Assembly: GCA_964552295.1 (NCBI GenBank)
Contig: CAZKFV010000094.1
Coordinates: forward strand, 1 to 55,201
Direction: 5' to 3'
Length of the DNA stretch: 55,201 nt
Origin: an uncultured Thermotogae bacterium
Lineage (GTDB): Bacteria; Bipolaricaulota; Bipolaricaulia; UBA7950; UBA9294
This document shows positions 51,086 through 55,201 of this stretch, piece by piece; the first letter of the stretch is position 1, and the number at the start of each line of letters is the position of its first letter. The notes beneath the pieces are model-generated. The model had not been told where the DNA came from. It saw only the letters and a list, made by a program, of their open reading frames with translations, and made no database searches. The position numbers were made by a program, and so were the translations under genes.

Positions 51086-51316
51086 TTATAAGAGCCAGTT
51101 CTTTATCTCCTCCACTGTTGGTATTCTGCCCGTACTCTTGACCTCGCCGTCAATTGACAATGCCGGCGTCAACATGACACCCCGAGCCGCGATCTCGCTA
51201 AGGTCCTCAACCTTCTGTATCTCTGCCTGAACCCCCGTCTCCAGCGTTGCCTTCTCAACGTTCGCTAATGTTGCCTTGCACTTTGGGCACCCTGTGCCCA
51301 TGATCTCAATCCTCAT
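51086..51316 (-). CDS. Small redox-active disulfide protein (thioredoxin_3, MTH895/TM0996-like)
   Basis: IEIMGTGCPKCK CxxC; GVMLTPALSIDGEVKSTGRIP; SD AAGGAGG. Confidence 0.9.
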   Translation of the reverse strand: MRIEIMGTGCPKCKATLANVEKATLETGVQAEIQKVEDLSEIAARGVMLTPALSIDGEVKSTGRIPTVEEIKNWLL

Positions 51317-51333
51317 TTCTTCCTCCTTACTAG

Positions 51334-52641
51334 TCAACCAACAGCGGTTCCAAATATCTTACCTGTTATCATGGCTGTAATGACGACAAGCAGCACATAG
51401 GCAAGCGTCTTCTTCGTCCCGAGGATCTTACGTATGACCAGCATGTTTGGTAGCGACAGCGCCGGACCGGCAAGCAGTAGTGCGAGAGCGGGACCATCTC
51501 CCATGCCTGAGCCCAACAAGCCTTGAAGAATGGGAAGCTCCGTGAGTGTGGCAAAGTACATTAGTGCCCCTGCGAAGCTGGCTACAAGATTGGACAGCCA
51601 GCTGTTCCCACCAACGGCGTTCGCGATCCACTCCTGGGGAATCAATGCTGTTTGTCCTGGTCGTCCTAGCAGGAATCCGGCAATCAGCACACCCCCGAAC
51701 AGGTACGGGAGAATCAGCTTTGCGTACGACCACGTCGATGAGCCCCACGCCTTGTTCTCGTCCTTCTTGTACCACAAGCTCATCAAAATGATCAGGAGGA
51801 TGAGGAAGGCACCAGTGATGTAGAACCGCGATTGGTAGATCGAGGTGTAGGGCGAAGGTGCGTAGCGTATCGATTCAATCTCGCTCTTTGCCACGCCAGT
51901 CAAATCGTCCGAGCCGGGCAGCTTGACGAGCACTTTGTCCGATGTCTCTCCGGCGCGCGTTGCAGCGATCTTTTCTCCAGCAGTTGTTTCAATCGACAGA
52001 TCCCCAGGCTTGCCCCAGTTCGCGAAGACCAGTATCAGGATCATCAGCGCCACAGGGATCGCCGTCTTCCAGATTGGCTTGCCGCCCTCGGGAACCGGAG
52101 TCGCCATCGCAGCCTCTTCTTTCTCTACCTCTTCCTTGCGGAACAGGAACTGCATGGTCAGGCCGATGACAACTGAGAAGACCACAGCACCAATGGCCCG
52201 CGCAAGCCCAAACCGAAGCCCGAGAATCCGCCCAGTCAGGATAATAGCCAAGATGTTGATTGCGGGCCCGGAGTACAGGAAAGCGATCGCCGGGCCCAAT
52301 CCGGCGCCCCGTTTGTAGATCCCTGCGAAGAGTGGCAACACGGTGCACGAGCAGACAGCTAGGATAGCTCCGGAGACAGCCCCCACTCCGTAAGCAACGA
52401 CCTTCTTTGCCTTCCCTCCGAGGTACTTGATGACGCTTCCTTGTGAGATGAAAACGGCAATTGCCCCTGCAATGAAGAAGGCTGGTACGAGACAAAGCAG
52501 GACATGATCGCGTGCATACTCCTGAAGCATGAAGAACGCTTCCATGATTGCGCTTCGGACTGTCTCGCTTGACAGCGGAATCAGATACGCGACCAGGAAG
52601 ACACCCGCAATAATAGCGAAGATTCGTATCTCTCGTTTCAT
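51334..52641 (-). CDS. DUF318/ArsP-type predicted permease
   Basis: AVCSCTVLPLFAGIYKRGAGLGPAIAFLYSGPAIN; MYFATLTELPI; LLAGPALSLP. Confidence 0.88.
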   Translation of the reverse strand: MKREIRIFAIIAGVFLVAYLIPLSSETVRSAIMEAFFMLQEYARDHVLLCLVPAFFIAGAIAVFISQGSVIKYLGGKAKKVVAYGVGAVSGAILAVCSCTVLPLFAGIYKRGAGLGPAIAFLYSGPAINILAIILTGRILGLRFGLARAIGAVVFSVVIGLTMQFLFRKEEVEKEEAAMATPVPEGGKPIWKTAIPVALMILILVFANWGKPGDLSIETTAGEKIAATRAGETSDKVLVKLPGSDDLTGVAKSEIESIRYAPSPYTSIYQSRFYITGAFLILLIILMSLWYKKDENKAWGSSTWSYAKLILPYLFGGVLIAGFLLGRPGQTALIPQEWIANAVGGNSWLSNLVASFAGALMYFATLTELPILQGLLGSGMGDGPALALLLAGPALSLPNMLVIRKILGTKKTLAYVLLVVITAMITGKIFGTAVG

Positions 52642-52929
52642 CTACGTCATTTTCTCCCCTGTTAATCGGGCCAGTTTTTCAAGCTCGTCTAGGATCTCTG
52701 GATCGGCCAGCGACCACATCACTCGAACCCCTTCACGCCGTGATGTCACAAGGCCCGCTCGTTCGAGGACCGAGAGATAGCGCGATACAATAGACGGATC
52801 AACGCCCAGTTCTGGTGCAAACTCGCACCCGCATCTCTCCCCATCCGCCAGTAGCCAAAGCATTCGCTCGCGTAGTGGATGCGACAATGCCTTTCCAATC
52901 AGCGTTAGCGGAGTAGTACTTCGCATCAT
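52642..52929 (-). CDS. ArsR/SmtB family transcriptional regulator
   Basis: KALSHPLRERML.LL..GERCGCE...PSIVSRYLSVLERAGLVTSRREG; SD AAAGGAG; start 52929 or 52926. Confidence 0.9.
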   Translation of the reverse strand: MMRSTTPLTLIGKALSHPLRERMLWLLADGERCGCEFAPELGVDPSIVSRYLSVLERAGLVTSRREGVRVMWSLADPEILDELEKLARLTGEKMT

Positions 52930-53626
52930 GACTCCTTTGGTACATTGCTTATTATTGCAATAATATCTTGCCATGGAGCTTTTGTCGACAACAGTGGGCC
53001 AAAGCAGGTTTTCCTCGCTCTGTTCCTGCGGGCGAGTTTGCTTGCGCCTCCAGCCGAGGTGGTAAATACGATCAATGCTCAGGCAGTCTATTCAGGTTCA
53101 GATGATGCGAATGGTTGGGTTAGGAGCATGACCTTTAGTATCACGCGGTGGATTAATGATAAGGGTTAATCTGCGCAGTAATAGGTGCAGAGCCATCGGG
53201 ATGGTTAAACGACTGACTCTTTGATGATTGTCAGGTAGCATCAATTGACATCTATGCCCGCGACGGATCGACGAGGGGCCTTTAATGGCCTTGGTAAGAC
53301 TTGTAGGTCGTCTACTTTGATCTTGCTATGCCAACCATTTAAGGCGCGGCAAATGGATGGTCTCATGGTTGCGCTCATCGTTGATGAAACGTTGTGTACT
53401 CAATGCCAAGTTACCGGTTCCATAAGGAACTAGGCAGGTAGGGTTAACACGACCCATGTTTGCTCTTTTGCCAAACTTCTGTGATTTGCTGCCGAGATAT
53501 TGACTTAGTGGGCATATTCGCTGTATTGTAGGTAGGGGGATACAGTGGAATTAGCCAGCGGCTATTTAGTAGGGTTATAGATCTGGGCGGTGGAGAAAGC
53601 TGCGGCTTTTAGGAGGTGTTTTTGCA

Positions 53627-54673
53627 GTGAACGATGACTCGACATGGTTGGTACTGGTTGCCCTTGTAGGTGTAGCGCTAGGGGTGCTACTTCTTTCTAC
53701 CGCGACGCCCGTTGATACCGCTTCGGCAACTACAGATGCTGTTTCTGTTTCCCAAACACAAGTGGACAGCGACGATAAGGCTGCCGTATACACGGAAAAG
53801 TACAGCGTTCCTGTTGTTGAAGCTGGGGAAAATCTCACCTTGAGGGAACGAGAGAGGGTGCTGCTGCAGGGCCACGCTGAGAACGTGGGCCAGGGCGCTG
53901 TATCATACTATTGGAGCGCCGAGGGAAGGAGAGGATACTTCGACAACGCTTTTCAGAAAAACGTGGTCTACACAGCGCCTTCGGTATGCGGTTACGAAGA
54001 GTGCATAACCATTACGCTTACTGTAACTGACGCTAAAGGAACAAGGGCTAGTGATCAGCTGTGTGTCCGAGTGCTAGGAGATCCGCTGAACTGCGGATCT
54101 GTAGTATCTGGAAGATTGTGCCAGGCAACTACTAAATGGTGTGCGGCTCCACCTTCTCCATGCAGGGTTTATGAGTGTCCATCAGCTACCGCACCTTGTG
54201 AGTCTCCATGTGTACCCCATGTTTCAGCTATTTCTACTTGCAGTAAGGAGCCAGTGCCGTGTTGCGCTTACTCACAGGGATGTTGCGCATCTTATCCAAC
54301 TTCGTTTAGATTTGAGGGAGTAGTCTCAAAAGAAAGGGTCAGCCCCCTAATATTGCGGCGCTATCCTGACGACATGGATGAAGGAGCAGCACTAGAGCTT
54401 CATGGTACATTGAGCAATCCGGCTTGTGCCTCGGTCTGTTTCTGCTGGAAGGCAGATAAGGGCCGGTTTGAGGATGCCGATACTCTAACCCCCATCTATC
54501 ACGCGCCCATGTCAGATCGATATGGCGGGGAGGATACAACGATCACATTGGCGATTTATGATGAAGCTGGCGGGTATGCTTACGATCAAATACGTATTCA
54601 TATCAATAACCTAGACTATTGTTGCTCACCTGAGGCGAGCAGCTCCAACAACTGGCTTATGCAAAGGCCATAG
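53627..54673 (+). CDS. Exported/anchored Cys-rich protein with two related Ig/PKD-like repeats
   Basis: N-terminal hydrophobic segment; repeat W.A..G.F..A....Y.AP......ITITL...D..G..A.DQ....V/I occurs twice, separated by a Cys/Pro-rich linker; SD AGGAGG. Confidence 0.6.
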   Translation: MNDDSTWLVLVALVGVALGVLLLSTATPVDTASATTDAVSVSQTQVDSDDKAAVYTEKYSVPVVEAGENLTLRERERVLLQGHAENVGQGAVSYYWSAEGRRGYFDNAFQKNVVYTAPSVCGYEECITITLTVTDAKGTRASDQLCVRVLGDPLNCGSVVSGRLCQATTKWCAAPPSPCRVYECPSATAPCESPCVPHVSAISTCSKEPVPCCAYSQGCCASYPTSFRFEGVVSKERVSPLILRRYPDDMDEGAALELHGTLSNPACASVCFCWKADKGRFEDADTLTPIYHAPMSDRYGGEDTTITLAIYDEAGGYAYDQIRIHINNLDYCCSPEASSSNNWLMQRP

Positions 54674-54886
54674 ATTGATGCTTGTGATGCTTGCTCGTAG
54701 GTTGGGCTATGCTGGCAGTCCTAAGTTTTTGTTGCCAACTAGTGCGTAGGAAATAAACAGGATCGTGCGTGTGTTGCGGATCGTGGGTTTGTAAAGGACG
54801 GTCGCGGTATTTATGTCTGGGAGGACGTGTTCTGGTATTCGTTAAATGGGTTGAGGACACGATCAAGAGTTTCCGGGGTCAGAGCT

Positions 54887-55201
54887 TTATTTTCGACTCC
54901 CAGCAGCCTGTCGCTTGGCGATCGCGCTGATCGTGGAGAAGTGAAGCCCGAGGTGGTCGCCAACAGGTGTATCGAGCAGAAGTGGCCTCATCCGTTCCAC
55001 AAAGCTCTCGCTTCCTAAGAGGCTCCCTGCTCGCAATTCATCCCAGATATCTATGCCTCTCCCCTGCCTAACAAATCGTCTGTATGCACGTACTGCACGA
55101 TCCCTCCTTGAGTCAAACTGAGAGAGGATCCAGTCAACGTGTAGGAACTCAGGCACATCGCTCTGTCCAGAGGTAGCACGATAGCTGCTCCAAGGCCAAC
55201 C
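54887..55201 (-). pseudogene. C-terminal part of a REP-associated (Y1/IS200-like) tyrosine transposase with internal deletion; runs off the window
   Basis: Open from the window edge: GWPWSSYRATSG...PEFLHVDWILSQF...AVRAYRRFV...LLGSESFVE, then abruptly VGDHLGLHFSTISAIAKR (HTH tail); followed by CTCTGACCCC end motif. Confidence 0.7.

Noticed and set aside
53245-53433. Ferredoxin-like fragment VDETLCTQCQ
   Set aside because: Only one CxxC, truncated, no further cluster ligands

Overview
55.2 kb of chromosomal backbone (roughly 50% GC by eye) from an anaerobic, fermentative bacterium of a deep-branching lineage. The divergent 16S and the protein families are suggestive of Bipolaricaulota/Acetothermia, but that is an unverified inference. 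Contents: Mut7-C RNase, long-form urocanate hydratase, two EamA transporters, ppnP, amidase, glycolytic genes (pfkA, ROK kinase, PGI/PMI), a stand-alone 16S rRNA gene with its own promoter and processing stem, a CRP/FNR regulator, PFOR, a COG2403 GTPase-like enzyme (possible arginine synthetase), pgsA, an RluA-family synthase, nusA, an MMPL/RND transporter, RNase Y, a SurA/PpiC-TPR protein, MazG, a YqeG-like HAD, and a long operon argF - [CitD-like/CitE fusion] - citF - SCS-beta-like - [SCS-alpha/citryl-CoA-lyase fusion] - HD - LeuC/D-type hydro-lyase. After it come a dead toxin-antitoxin insert with a duplicated leuD 3' end, GNAT, an HpnA-like epimerase, a TauE/thioredoxin/permease/ArsR cluster, a Cys-rich exported protein and a broken REP-associated tyrosine transposase. 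Best candidates for undescribed biology: (1) a three-gene unit of a 63-aa secreted pre-peptide carrying a duplicated PVHVGGG motif, a cupin-HD-GYP phosphodiesterase and a small membrane protein, which looks like peptide signalling wired to cyclic-dinucleotide turnover; (2) a carboxylate CoA-activation/cleavage operon with an ACP domain lacking its prosthetic-group serine and an ATP-citrate-lyase-like enzyme with an SCS-type beta subunit; (3) a modular set of dispersed palindromic repeats, including a ~230-bp element with mutually exclusive 13-bp stems. All calls are by eye, with no database searches.
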